Assembly (NCBI GenBank): GCA_040954595.2
Contig: CM082594.2
Location: 1,754,247-1,818,246, forward strand
DNA: 64,000 bases
Source of the DNA: Balanoglossus misakiensis
Taxonomy: Eukaryota; Animalia; Hemichordata
Direction of reading: 5' to 3'
Shown: positions 12,325 to 25,920 of the stretch, one piece after another
Position numbering within the stretch: the first letter of the stretch is position 1
Layout: every line of letters starts with the position of its first letter
Program-made: the position numbers and the translations under genes
The notes under the pieces: generated by a model
Database searches by the model: none
What the model was told of the DNA's origin: nothing
The model's input: only the letters and a program-made list of their open reading frames with translations

Positions 12325-13517
12325 GAATTTTTCCTTTTTCTTAACTTTTGCATTAAACAGTCTTCCTTTTTGTCGTCGTAAACGTCCATTTTTAATTATT
12401 TTTTTTCTCCAAATTCTTTAATTCCATGATCATATATGTTTGTTGAACATAAATTCATAAACCGTTCTCTCCTGTATAGGTCTAAGCTATAGGCGCTCGA
12501 TGGACAACATACAAATTACCAGGTCGGGCTCGGAGTGAGTAGTGTCCAGCTTACGTTGAGTTCATTGTCGCAGAAATTCAAGCAGTCTTCATTACATTGT
12601 TTTTAAACTTTCCTATTAGGCCTAAATAGTCTATTTATTAATTGTCGTCATATACATCAACTTCTTTCTTTCTTTAAATTCATGATTTCTATAACTAACT
12701 CAAATCCACGATCATTCAAGTTTTTTTTTTTTTTGCAGAACATAGCAAAACAAAACCGTTCGCTCTCGTGCTGTTTGCGTGTGTTAGTACTAGGCTAAAG
12801 CTTCGTTTGGGTAAATAGTCGCAGAAACTCCCGCGGCTTTCAATTTTTGGTTTTTAAGTCCAATTTGGTGTATGATGTTAATATACCATCGGGACCTTAT
12901 GGGGTCGGTTAAATCTGTATGTCATAAACGTCATTTAAAAAAAAAAAATTCATCTTTCAAGTGTTTTGCATAACATGCCAAGACAAACCCGTTCCCTCCA
13001 ATATAAGATAGGGACGGTAATTAATTGCAATAGGGGCCTAATAAACAGAGGATGGTCTAAAAGATATCGTTGGTGGTGCTATCCCGGACAGCCAGGGTCA
13101 CGATGGGGTCACGTACATCTATGATACCGCAAACAAGTCAACTCCACGCTAAATTCAACCTGTCCGCCGGACTGGTAACTTTTTTACTATCAGTCTGATG
13201 GAAAAACAACCAGTCTCGGACTGTCGGACAGGCGTTATTTCGAATAGTGTGTCTTGCATAACATACCAATATAGGCCTTAGATAGGGACGGTCGATCGGC
13301 CACACAAATTATCAGGTCATTATTTCTCCACTTTAATATGGTCACTTTTTGTAGGATATAACAAGACAAAACCGCTCTCTCCCATATAAATTATAAGATA
13401 GGGCCGGTCAATCAGCTGGCCACGCACACAATTATCGTGCCGCGTGCTCTGTGTGTACGCCTATGTGTTAGTGAAGCTTCCGTTTGCTTAATAATTGTAG
13501 AAATTCAAGCAGTGTTT

Positions 13518-13637
13518 GCCTACGGCCATACCACGTCGAATACACCGGTTCTCGTCCGATCACCGAAGTTAAGCTGCGTTGGGCGTAGTTAGTACTTGGA
13601 TGGGTGACCGCCTGGGAATACCACGTGCCGTAGGCTT
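13518..13637 (+). rRNA. RNA5S: 5S rRNA (variant G70A)
   Basis: Full length. Confidence 0.93.
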
Positions 13638-14827
13638 GAATTTTTCCTTTTTCTTAACTTTTGCATTAAACAGTCTTCCTTTTTGTCGTCGTAAACGTCC
13701 ATTTTTAATTTTTTTTTTCTCCAAATTCTTTAATTCCATGATCATATATTTTTGTTGAACATAACTTCATAAACCGTTCTCTCCTATATAGGTCTAAGCT
13801 ATAGGCGCTCGATGGACAACATACAAATTACCAGGTCGGGCTCGGAGTGAGTAGTGTCCAGCTTACGTTGAGTTCATTGTCGCAGAAATTCAAGCAGTCT
13901 TCATTACATTGTTTTTAAACTTTCCTATTAGGCCTAAATAGTCTATTTATTATTTGTCGTCATATACATCAACTTCTTTCTTTCTTTAAATTCATGATTT
14001 CTATAACTACCTCAATTCCACGATCATTCAAGTTTTTTTTTTTTGCAGAACATAGCAAAACAAAACCGTTCGCTCTCGTGCTGTTTGCGTGTGTTAGTAC
14101 TAGGCTAAAGCTTCGTTTGGGTAAATAGTCGCAGAAACTCCCGCGGCTTTCAATTTTTGGTTTTTAAGTCCAATTTGGTGTATGATGTTAATATACCATA
14201 GGGACCTTATGGGGTCGGTTAAATCTGTATGTCATAAACGTCATTTTAAAAAAAAAAATTAATCTTTCAAGTGTTTTGCATAACATGCCAAGACAAACCC
14301 GTTCCCTCCAATATAAGATAGGGACGGTAATTAATTGCAATAGGGGCCTAATAAACAGAGGATGGTCTAAAAGATATCGTTGGTGGTGCTATCCCGGACA
14401 GCCAGGGTCACGATGGGGTCACGTACGTCTATGATACCGCAAACAAGTCAACTCCACGCTAAATTCAACCTGTCCGCCGGACTGGTAACTTTTTTACTAT
14501 CAGTCTGATGGAAAAACAACCAGTCTCGGACTGTCGGACAGGCGTTATTTCGAATAGTGTGTCTTGCATAACATACCAATATAGGCCTTAGATAGGGACG
14601 GTCGATCGGCCACACAAATTATCAGGTCATTATTTCTCCACTTTAATATGGTCACTTTTTGTAGGATATAACAAGACAAAACCGCTCTCTCCCATATAAA
14701 TTATAAGATAGGGTCGGTCAATCAGCTGGCCACGCACACAATTATCGTGCCGCGTGCTCTGTGTGTACGCCTATGTGTTAGTGAAGCTTCCTTTTGCTTA
14801 ATAATCGTAGAAATTCAAGCAGTGTTT

Positions 14828-14947
14828 GCCTACGGCCATACCACGTCGAATACACCGGTTCTCGTCCGATCACCGAAGTTAAGCTGCGTTGGGCGTGCTT
14901 AGTACTTGGATGGGTGACCGCCTGGGAATACCACGTGCCGTAGGCTT
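14828..14947 (+). rRNA. RNA5S: 5S rRNA (variant G71C)
   Basis: Full length. Confidence 0.93.
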
Positions 14948-16142
14948 GAATTTTTCCTTTTTCTTAACTTTTGCATTAAACAGTCTTCCTTTTTGTCGTC
15001 GTAAACGTCCATTATTAATTATTTTTTTTCTCCAAATTCTTTAATTCCATGATCATATATGTTTGTTGAACATAAATTCATAAACCGTTCTCTCCTGTAT
15101 AGGTCTAAGCTATAGGCGCTCGATGGACAACATACAAATTACCAGGTCGGGCTCGGAGTGAGTAGTGTCCATCTTACGTTGAGTTCATTGTCGCAGAAAT
15201 TCAAGCAGTCTTCATTACATTGTTTTTAAACTTTCCTATTAGGCCTAAATAGTCTATTTATTATTTGTCGTCATATACATCAACTTCTTTCTTTCTTTAA
15301 ATTCATGATTTCTATAACTACCTCAATTCCACGATCATTCAAGTTTGTTTTTTTTGCAGAACATAGCAAAACAAAACCGTTCGCTCTCGTGCTGTTTGCG
15401 TGTGTTAGTACTAGGCTAAAGCTTCGTTTGGGTAAATAGTCGCAGAAACTCCAGCGGCTTTCAATTTTTGGTTTTTAAGTCCAATTTGGTGTATGATGTT
15501 AATATACCATAGGGACCTTATGGGGTCGGTTAAATCTGTATGTCATAAACGTCATTTAAAAAAAAAAATCATCTTTCAAGTGTTTTGCATAACATGCCAA
15601 GACAAACCCGTTCCCTCCAATATAAGATAGGGACGGTAATTAATTGCAATAGGGGCCTAATAAACAGAGGATGGTCTAAAAGATATCGTTGGTGGTGCTA
15701 TCCCGGACAGCCAGGGTCACGATGGGGTCACGTACGTCTATGATACCGCAAACAAGTCAACTCCACGCTAAATTCAACCTGTCCGCCGGACTGGTAACTT
15801 TTTTTTAGTATCAGTCTGATGGAAAAACAACCAGTCTCGGACTGTCGGACAGGCGTTATATCGAATAGTGTGTCTTGCATAACATACCAATATAGGCCTT
15901 AGATAGGGACGGTCGATCGGCCACACAAATTATCAGGTCATTAATTATTTCTCCACTTTAATATGGTCACTTTTTGTAGGATATAACAAGACAAAACCGC
16001 TCTCTCCCATATAAATTATAAGATAGGGTCGGTCAATCAGCTGGCCACGCACACAATTATCGTGCCGCGTGCTCTGTGTGTACGCCTATGTGTTAGTGAA
16101 GCTTCCGTTTGCTTAATAATTGTAGAAATTCAAGCAGTGTTT

Positions 16143-16262
16143 GCCTACGGCCATACCACGTCGAATACACCGGTTCTCGTCCGATCACCGAAGTTAAGCT
16201 GCGTTGGGCGTGCTTAGTACTTGGATGGGTGACCGCCTGGGAATACCACGTGCCGTAGGCTT
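16143..16262 (+). rRNA. RNA5S: 5S rRNA (variant G71C)
   Basis: Full length. Confidence 0.93.
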
Positions 16263-17437
16263 GAATTTTTCCTTTTTCTTAACTTTTGCATTAAACAGTC
16301 TTCCTTTTTGTCGTCGTAAACGTCCATTTTTAATTATTTTTTTTCTCCAAATTCTTTAATTCCATGATCATATATGTTTGTTGAACATAAATTTATAAAC
16401 CGTTCTCTCCTGTATAGGTCTAAGCTATAGGCGCTCGATGGACAACATACAAATTACCAGGTCGGGCTCGGAGTGAGTAGTGTCCATCTTACGTTGAGTT
16501 CATTGTCGCAGAAATTCAAGCAGTCTTCATTACATTGTTTTTAAACTTTCCTATTAGGCCTAAATAGTCTATTTATTGTTTATCGTCATATACATCAACT
16601 TCTTTCATGATTTCTATAACTACCTCAATTCCACGATCATTCAAGTTTTTTTTTGCAGAACATAGCAAAACAAAACCGTTCGCTCTCGTGCTGTTTGCGT
16701 GTGTTAGTACTAGGCTAAAGCTTCGTTTGGGTAAATAGTCGCAGAAACTCCAGCGGCTTTCAATTTTTGGTTTTTAAGTCCAATTTGGTGTATGATGTTA
16801 ATATACCATTGGGACCTTATGGGGTCGGTTAAATCTGTATGCCATAAACGTTATTTTAAAAAAAAAAATTCATCTTTCAAGTGTTTTGCATAACATGCCA
16901 AGACAAACCCGTTCCCTCCAATATAAGATAGGGACGGTAATTAATTGTAATAGGGGCCTAATAAACAGAGGATGGTCTAAAAGATATCGTTGGTGGTGCT
17001 ATCCCGGACAGCCAGGGTCACGATGGGGTCACGTACGTCTATGATACCGCAAACAAGTCAACTCCACGCTAAATTCAACCTGTCCGCCGGACTGGTAACT
17101 TTTTTACTATCAGTCTGATGGAAAAACAACCAGTCTCGGACTGTCGGACAGGCGTTATTTCGAATAGTGTGTCTTGCATAACATACCAATATAGGCCTTA
17201 GATAGGGACGGTCGATCGGCCACACAAATTATCAGGTCATTATTTCTCCACTTTAATATGGTCACTTTTTGTAGGATATAACAAGACAAAACCGCTCTCT
17301 ACCATATAAATTATAAGATAGGGTCGGTCAATCAGCTGGCCACGCACACAATTATCGTGCCGCGTGCTCTGTGTGTACGCCTATGTGTTAGTGAAGCTTC
17401 CGTTTGCTTAATAATCGTAGAAATTCAAGCAGTGTTT

Positions 17438-17557
17438 GCCTACGGCCATACCACGTCGAATACACCGGTTCTCGTCCGATCACCGAAGTTAAGATGCGTT
17501 GGGCGTGGTTAGTACCTGGATGGGTGACCGCCTGGGAATACCACGTGCCGTAGGCTT
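17438..17557 (+). rRNA. RNA5S: 5S rRNA (variant C57A, T79C)
   Basis: Full length. Confidence 0.92.
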
Positions 17558-18751
17558 GAATTTTTCCTTTTTCTTAACTTTTGCATTAAACAGTCTTCCT
17601 TTTTGTCGTCGTAAACGTCCATTTTTAATTATATTTTTTTTCACCAAATTCTTTAATTCCATGGTCATATATTTTTGTTGAACATAACTTCATAAACCGT
17701 TCTCTCCTGTATAGGTCTAAGCTATAGGCGCTCGATGGACAACATACAAATTACCAGGTCGGGCTCGGAGTGAGTAGTGTCCAGGTTACGTTGAGTTCAT
17801 TGTCGCAGAAATTCAAGCAGTCTTCATTACATTGTTTTTAAACTTTCCTATTAGGCCTAAATAGTCTATTTATTATTTGTCGTCATATACATCAACTTCT
17901 TTCTTTCTTTAAATTCATGATTTCTATAACTTCCTCAATTCCACGATCATTCCAGTTTTTTTTTTTTTGCAGAACATAGCAAAACAAAACCGTTCGCTCT
18001 CGTGCTGTTTGCGTGTGTTAGTACTAGGCTAAAGCTTCGTTTGGGTAAATAGTCGCAGAAACTCCAGCGGCTTTCAATTTTTGGTTTTTAAGTCCAATTT
18101 ATTGTATGATGTTAATATACCATTGGGACCTTATGGGGTCGGTTACATCTGGATGTCATAAACGTCATTTTTTAAAAAAAAATTCATCTTTCAAGTGTTT
18201 TGCATAACATGCCAAGACAAACCCGTTCCCTCCAATATAAGATAGGGACGGTAATTAATTGTAATAGGGGCCTAATAAACAGAGGATGGTCTAAAAGATA
18301 TCGTTGGTGGTGCTATCCCGGACAGCCAGGGTCACGATGGGGTCACGTACGTCTATGATACCGCAAACAAGTCAACTCCACGCTAAATTCAACCTGTCCG
18401 CCGGACTGGTAACTTTTTTACTATCAGTCTGATGGAAAAACAACCAGTCTCGGACTGTCGGACAGGCGTTATTTCGAATAGTGTGTCTTGCATAACATAC
18501 CAATATAGGCCTTAGATAGGGACGGTCGATCGGCCACACAAATTATCAGGTCATTATTTCTCCACTTTAATATGGTCACTTTTTGTAGGATATAACAAGA
18601 CAAAACCGCTCTCTCCCATATAAATTATAAGATAGGGTCGGTCAATCAGCTGGCCACGCACACAATTATCGTGCCGCGTGCTCTGTGTGTACGCCTATGT
18701 GTTAGTGAAGCTTCCGTTTGCTTAATAATCGTAGAAATTCAAGCAGTGTTT

Positions 18752-18871
18752 GCCTACGGCCATACCACGTCGAATACACCGGTTCTCGTCCGATCACCGA
18801 AGTTAAGCTGCGTTGGGCGTGCTTAATACTTGAATGGGTGACCGCCTGGGAATACCACGTGCCGTAGGCTT
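18752..18871 (+). rRNA. RNA5S: 5S rRNA variant (G71C, G75A, G82A), possibly non-functional
   Basis: GTGCTTAATACTTGAATGG in place of GTGGTTAGTACTTGGATGG. Confidence 0.85.
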
Positions 18872-20066
18872 GAATTTTACCTTTTTCTTAACTTTTGCAT
18901 TAAACAGTCTTCCTTTTTGTCGTCGTAAACGTCCATTTTTAATTATTTTTTTTTTCTCCAAATTCTTTAATTCCATGATCATATATTTTTGTTGAACATA
19001 ACTTCATAAACCGTTCTCTCCTGTATAGGTCTAAGCTATAGGCGCTCGATGGACAACATACAAATTACCAGGTAGGGCTCGGAGTGAGTAGTGTCCAGCT
19101 TACGTTGAGTTCATTGTCGCAGAAATTCAAGCAGTCTTTATTACAATGTTTTTAAACTTTCCTATTAGGCCTAAATAGTCTATTTATTATTTGTCGTCAT
19201 ATACATCAACTTCTTTCTTTCTTTAAATTCATGATTTCTATAACTACCTCAATTCCACGATCATTCAAGTTTGTTTTTTTTGCAGAACATAGCAAAACAA
19301 AACCGTTCACTCTCGTGCTGTTTGCGTGTGTTAGTACTAGGCTAAAGCTTCGTTTGGGTAAATAGTCGCAGAAACTCCAGCGGCTTTCAATTTTTGGTTT
19401 TTAAGTCCAATTTATTGTATGATGTTAATATACCATTGGGACCTTATGGGGTCGGTTACATCTGTATGTCATAAACGTCATTTTTTAAAAAAAAATTCAT
19501 CTTTCAAGTGTTTTGCATAACATGCCAAGACAAACCCGTTCCCTCCAATATAAGATAGGGACGGTAATTAATTGCAATAGGGGCCTAATAAACAGAGGAT
19601 GGTCTAAAAGATATCGTTGGTGGTGCTATCCCGGACAGCCAGGGTCACGATGGGGTCACGTACGTCTATGATACCGCAAACAAGTCAACTCCACGCTAAA
19701 TTCAACCTGTCCGCCGGACTGGTAACTTTTTTACTATCAGTCTGATGGAAAAAAACAACCAGTCTCGGACTGTCGGACAGGCATTATTTCGAATAGTGTG
19801 TCTTGCATAACATACCAATATAGGCCTTAGATAGGGACGGTCGATCGGCCACACAAATTATCAGGTCATTATTTCTCCACTTTAATATGGTCACTTTTTG
19901 TAGGATATAACAAGACAAAACCGCTCTCTCCCATATAAATTATAAGATAGGGTCGGTCAATCAGCTGGCCACGCACACAATTATCGTGCCGCGTGCTCTG
20001 TGTGTACGCCTATGTGTTAGTGAAGCTTCCGTTTGCTTAATAATCGTAGAAATTCAAGCAGTGTTT

Positions 20067-20186
20067 TCCTACGGCCATACCACGTCGAATACACCGGTTC
20101 TCGTCCGATCACCGAAGTTAAGCTGCGTTGGGCGTGCTTAATACTTGAATGGGTGACCGCCTGGGAATACCACGTGCCGTAGGCTT
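20067..20186 (+). rRNA. RNA5S: 5S rRNA variant (G1T, G71C, G75A, G82A), likely pseudogene
   Basis: +1 purine lost, IE/loop E/box C changes. Confidence 0.8.
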
Positions 20187-21373
20187 GAATTTTACCTTTT
20201 TCTTAACTTTTGCATTAAACAGTCTTCCTTTTTGTCGTCGTAAACGTCCATTTTTAATTATTTTTTTTCTCCAAATTCTTTAATTCCATGATCATATATT
20301 TTTGTTGAACATAACTTCATAAACCGTTCTCTCCTGTATATGTCTAAGCTATAGGCGCTAGATGGACAACATACAAATTACCAGGTCGGGCTCGGAGTGA
20401 GTAGTGTCCAGCTTACGTTGAGTTCATTGTCGCAGAAATTCAAGCAGTCTTTATTACATTGTTTTTAAACTTTCCTATTAGGCCTAAATAGTCTATTTAT
20501 TATTTGTCGTCATATACATCAACTTCTTTCTTTCTTTAAATTCATGATTTCTATAACTACCTCAATTCCACGATCATTCAAGTTTTCTTTTGCAGAACAT
20601 AGCACAACAAAACCGTTCGCTCTCGTGCTGTTTGCGTGTGTTAGTACTAGGCTAAAGCTTCGTTTGGGTAAATAGTCGCAGAAACTCCAGCGGCTTTCAA
20701 TTTTTGGTTTTTAAGTCCAATTTGGTGTATGATGTTAATATACCATTGGGACCTTATGGTGTCGGTTACATCTGTATGTCATAAACGTCATTTAAAAAAA
20801 AAATTAATCTTTCAAGTGTTTTGCATAACATGCCAAGACAAACCCGTTCCCTCCAATATAAGATAGGGACGGTAATTAATTGCAATAGGGGCCTAATAAA
20901 CAGAGGATGGTCTAAAAGATATCGTTGGTGGTGCTATCCCGGACAGCCAGGGTCACGATGGGGTCACGTACGTCTATGATACCGCAAACAAGTCAACTCC
21001 ACGCTAAATTCAACCTGTCCGCCGGACTGGTAACTTTTTTTACTATCAGTCTGATGGAAAAACAACCAGTCTCGGACTGTCGGACAGGCGTTATTTCGAA
21101 TAGTGTGTCTTGCATAACATACCAATATAGGCCTTAGATAGGGACGGTCGATCGGCCACACAAATTATCAGGTCATTATTTCTCCACTTTAATATGGTCA
21201 CTTTTTGTAGGATATAACAAGACAAAACCGCTCTCTCCCATATAAATTATAAGATAGGGTCGGTCAATCAGCTGGCCACGCACACAATTATCGTGCCGCG
21301 TGCTCTGTGTGTACGCCTATGTGTTAGTGAAGCTTCCGTTTGCTTAATAATCGTAGAAATTCAAGCAGTGTTT

Positions 21374-21493
21374 TCCTACGGCCATACCACGTCGAATACA
21401 CCGGTTCTCGTCCGATCACCGAAGTTAAGCTGCGTTGGGCGTGCTTAATACTTGAATGGGTGACCGCCTGGGAATACCACGTGCCGTAGGCTT
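21374..21493 (+). rRNA. RNA5S: 5S rRNA variant (G1T, G71C, G75A, G82A), likely pseudogene
   Basis: Same as 20067 copy, +1307 bp. Confidence 0.8.
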
Positions 21494-22680
21494 GAATTTT
21501 ACCTTTTTCTTAACTTTTGCATTAAACAGTCTTCCTTTTTGTCGTCGTAAACGTCCATTTTTAATTATTTTTTTTCTCCAAATTCTTTAATTCCATGATC
21601 ATATATTTTTGTTGAACATAACTTCATAAACCGTTCTCTCCTGTATATGTCTAAGCTATAGGCGCTAGATGGACAACATACAAATTACCAGGTCGGGCTC
21701 GGAGTGAGTAGTGTCCAGCTTACGTTGAGTTCATTGTCGCAGAAATTCAAGCAGTCTTTATTACATTGTTTTTAAACTTTCCTATTAGGCCTAAATAGTC
21801 TATTTATTATTTGTCGTCATATACATCAACTTCTTTCTTTCTTTAAATTCATGATTTCTATAACTACCTCAATTCCACGATCATTCAAGTTTTCTTTTGC
21901 AGAACATAGCACAACAAAACCGTTCGCTCTCGTGCTGTTTGCGTGTGTTAGTACTAGGCTAAAGCTTCGTTTGGGTAAATAGTCGCAGAAACTCCAGCGG
22001 CTTTCAATTTTTGGTTTTTAAGTCCAATTTGGTGTATGATGTTAATATACCATTGGGACCTTATGGTGTCGGTTACATCTGTATGTCATAAACGTCATTT
22101 AAAAAAAAAATTAATCTTTCAAGTGTTTTGCATAACATGCCAAGACAAACCCGTTCCCTCCAATATAAGATAGGGACGGTAATTAATTGCAATAGGGGCC
22201 TAATAAACAGAGGATGGTCTAAAAGATATCGTTGGTGGTGCTATCCCGGACAGCCAGGGTCACGATGGGGTCACGTACGTCTATGATACCGCAAACAAGT
22301 CAACTCCACGCTAAATTCAACCTGTCCGCCGGACTGGTAACTTTTTTTACTATCAGTCTGATGGAAAAACAACCAGTCTCGGACTGTCGGACAGGCGTTA
22401 TTTCGAATAGTGTGTCTTGCATAACATACCAATATAGGCCTTAGATAGGGACGGTCGATCGGCCACACAAATTATCAGGTCATTATTTCTCCACTTTAAT
22501 ATGGTCACTTTTTGTAGGATATAACAAGACAAAACCGCTCTCTCCCATATAAATTATAAGATAGGGTCGGTCAATCAGCTGGCCACGCACACAATTATCG
22601 TGCCGCGTGCTCTGTGTGTACGCCTATGTGTTAGTGAAGCTTCCGTTTGCTTAATAATCGTAGAAATTCAAGCAGTGTTT

Positions 22681-22800
22681 TCCTACGGCCATACCACGTC
22701 GAATACACCGGTTCTCGTCCGATCACCGAAGTTAAGCTGCGTTGGGCGTGCTTAATACTTGAATGGGTGACCGCCTGGGAATACCACGTGCCGTAGGCTT
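22681..22800 (+). rRNA. RNA5S: 5S rRNA variant (G1T, G71C, G75A, G82A), likely pseudogene
   Basis: Same as 20067 copy. Confidence 0.8.
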
Positions 22801-23987
22801 GAATTTTACCTTTTTCTTAACTTTTGCATTAAACAGTCTTCCTTTTTGTCGTCGTAAACGTCCATTTTTAATTATTTTTTTTCTCCAAATTCTTTAATTC
22901 CATGATCATATATTTTTGTTGAACATAACTTCATAAACCGTTCTCTCCTGTATATGTCTAAGCTATAGGCGCTAGATGGACAACATACAAATTACCAGGT
23001 CGGGCTCGGAGTGAGTAGTGTCCAGCTTACGTTGAGTTCATTGTCGCAGAAATTCAAGCAGTCTTTATTACATTGTTTTTAAACTTTCCTATTAGGCCTA
23101 AATAGTCTATTTATTATTTGTCGTCATATACATCAACTTCTTTCTTTCTTTAAATTCATGATTTCTATAACTACCTCAATTCCACGATCATTCAAGTTTT
23201 CTTTTGCAGAACATAGCACAACAAAACCGTTCGCTCTCGTGCTGTTTGCGTGTGTTAGTACTAGGCTAAAGCTTCGTTTGGGTAAATAGTCGCAGAAACT
23301 CCAGCGGCTTTCAATTTTTGGTTTTTAAGTCCAATTTGGTGTATGATGTTAATATACCATTGGGACCTTATGGTGTCGGTTACATCTGTATGTCATAAAC
23401 GTCATTTAAAAAAAAAATTAATCTTTCAAGTGTTTTGCATAACATGCCAAGACAAACCCGTTCCCTCCAATATAAGATAGGGACGGTAATTAATTGCAAT
23501 AGGGGCCTAATAAACAGAGGATGGTCTAAAAGATATCGTTGGTGGTGCTATCCCGGACAGCCAGGGTCACGATGGGGTCACGTACGTCTATGATACCGCA
23601 AACAAGTCAACTCCACGCTAAATTCAACCTGTCCGCCGGACTGGTAACTTTTTTTACTATCAGTCTGATGGAAAAACAACCAGTCTCGGACTGTCGGACA
23701 GGCGTTATTTCGAATAGTGTGTCTTGCATAACATACCAATATAGGCCTTAGATAGGGACGGTCGATCGGCCACACAAATTATCAGGTCATTATTTCTCCA
23801 CTTTAATATGGTCACTTTTTGTAGGATATAACAAGACAAAACCGCTCTCTCCCATATAAATTATAAGATAGGGTCGGTCAATCAGCTGGCCACGCACACA
23901 ATTATCGTGCCGCGTGCTCTGTGTGTACGCCTATGTGTTAGTGAAGCTTCCGTTTGCTTAATAATCGTAGAAATTCAAGCAGTGTTT

Positions 23988-24107
23988 TCCTACGGCCATA
24001 CCACGTCGAATACACCGGTTCTCGTCCGATCACCGAAGTTAAGCTGCGTTGGGCGTGCTTAATACTTGAATGGGTGACCGCCTGGGAATACCACGTGCCG
24101 TAGGCTT
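23988..24107 (+). rRNA. RNA5S: 5S rRNA variant (G1T, G71C, G75A, G82A), likely pseudogene
   Basis: Same as 20067 copy. Confidence 0.8.
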
Positions 24108-25112
24108 GAATTTTACCTTTTTCTTAACTTTTGCATTAAACAGTCTTCCTTTTTGTCGTCGTAAACGTCCATTTTTAATTATTTTTTTTCTCCAAATTCT
24201 TTAATTCCATGATCATATATTTTTGTTGAACATAACTTCATAAACCGTTCTCTCCTGTATATGTCTAAGCTATAGGCGCTAGATGGACAACATACAAATT
24301 ACCAGGTCGGGCTCGGAGTGAGTAGTGTCCAGCTTACGTTGAGTTCATTGTCGCAGAAATTCAAGCAGTCTTTATTACATTGTTTTTAAACTTTCCTATT
24401 AGGCCTAAATAGTCTATTTATTATTTGTCGTCATATACATCAACTTCTTTCTTTCTTTAAATTCATGATTTCTATAACTACCTCAATTCCACGATCATTC
24501 AAGTTTTCTTTTGCAGAACATAGCACAACAAAACCGTTCGCTCTCGTGCTGTTTGCGTGTGTTAGTACTAGGCTAAAGCTTCGTTTGGGTAAATAGTCGC
24601 AGAAACTCCAGCGGCTTTCAATTTTTGGTTTTTAAGTCCAATTTGGTGTATGATGTTAATATACCATTGGGACCTTATGGTGTCGGTTACATCTGTATGT
24701 CATAAACGTCATTTAAAAAAAAAATTAATCTTTCAAGTGTTTTGCATAACATGCCAAGACAAACCCGTTCCCTCCAATATAAGATAGGGACGGTAATTAA
24801 TTGCAATAGGGGCCTAATAAACAGAGGATGGTCTAAAAGATATCGTTGGTGGTGCTATCCCGGACAGCCAGGGTCACGATGGGGTCACGTACGTCTATGA
24901 TACCGCAAACAAGTCAACTCCACGCTAAATTCAACCTGTCCGCCGGACTGGTAACTTTTTTACTATCAGTCTGATGGAAAAACAACCAGTCTCGGACTGT
25001 CGGACAGGCGTTATTTCGAATAGTGTGTCTTGCATAACATACCAATATAGGCCTTAGATAGGGACGGTCGATCGGCCACACAAATTATCAGGTCATTATT
25101 TCTCCACTTTAA

Positions 25113-25616
25113 AGGCACGTAAGCTGTAAATTTTGGGATAATTTTCATAATTTTTGTTTCAAACTGCACTACCATTAGTCCATGCAGATGAAGGCAGTGA
25201 ACTATACACAAGCATTATAAACCCTAAATATGAGTGCATATGCAAGTTTTAACCAGTTAAATAATAAAGCTTTGCCGCAAGCGATTATGGCCGCCACCGT
25301 GGGAAAATGCAAGAAACCATGAAAATGTTGCATTTCCGGTTGTGAAACTTCATAAACAAAACATGATCTCATCCACTTGAGCTCATGGAAGTAAATGTAC
25401 ACCACTGAGACATCAGATTTTCATTTTTCATTGCAATATTGCACTTTTTTAAAAATTGCAGGAATTTTCATTTTTCTTTAATTTTTGGCCATTTTGTCAT
25501 AAATAAGTGCTGAGCTTGATATATTATCATGAAATATCATTTAATAGACATAATTAAAAGCATATATGAGATTATTTAAAACTTTAATTTTTTATCCAGT
25601 TGCAGCTTACGTGCCT
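25113..25616. mobile_element. 504-bp non-autonomous DNA transposon (Kolobok-like MITE) in 5S spacer
   Basis: TIRs AGGCACGTAAGCTG(T/C)AA; TTAA duplicated at 25109-25112 and 25617-25620; empty site CACTTTAATATGG in every other unit; AGG..CCT ends with TTAA TSD fit Kolobok rather than piggyBac. Confidence 0.9.
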
Positions 25617-25801
25617 TTAATATGGTCACTTTTTGTAGGATATAACAAGACAAAACCGCTCTCTCCCATATAAATTATAAGATAAGGTCGGTCAATCAGC
25701 TGGCCACGCACACAATTATCGTGCCGCGTGCTCTGTGTGTACGCCTATGTGTTAGTGAAGCTTCCGTTTGCTTAATAATTGTAGAAATTCAAGCAGTGTT
25801 T

Positions 25802-25920
25802 GCCTACGGCCATACCTCGTCGAATACACCGGTTCTCGTCCGATCATCGAAGTTAAGCTGCGTTGGGCGTGGTTAGTACTTGGATGGGTGACCGCCTGGG
25901 AATACCACGGCCATAGGCTT
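25802..25920 (+). rRNA. RNA5S: 5S rRNA degenerate copy (A16T, C46T, del109, G113A)
   Basis: 119 nt, several helix-breaking changes. Confidence 0.8.
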
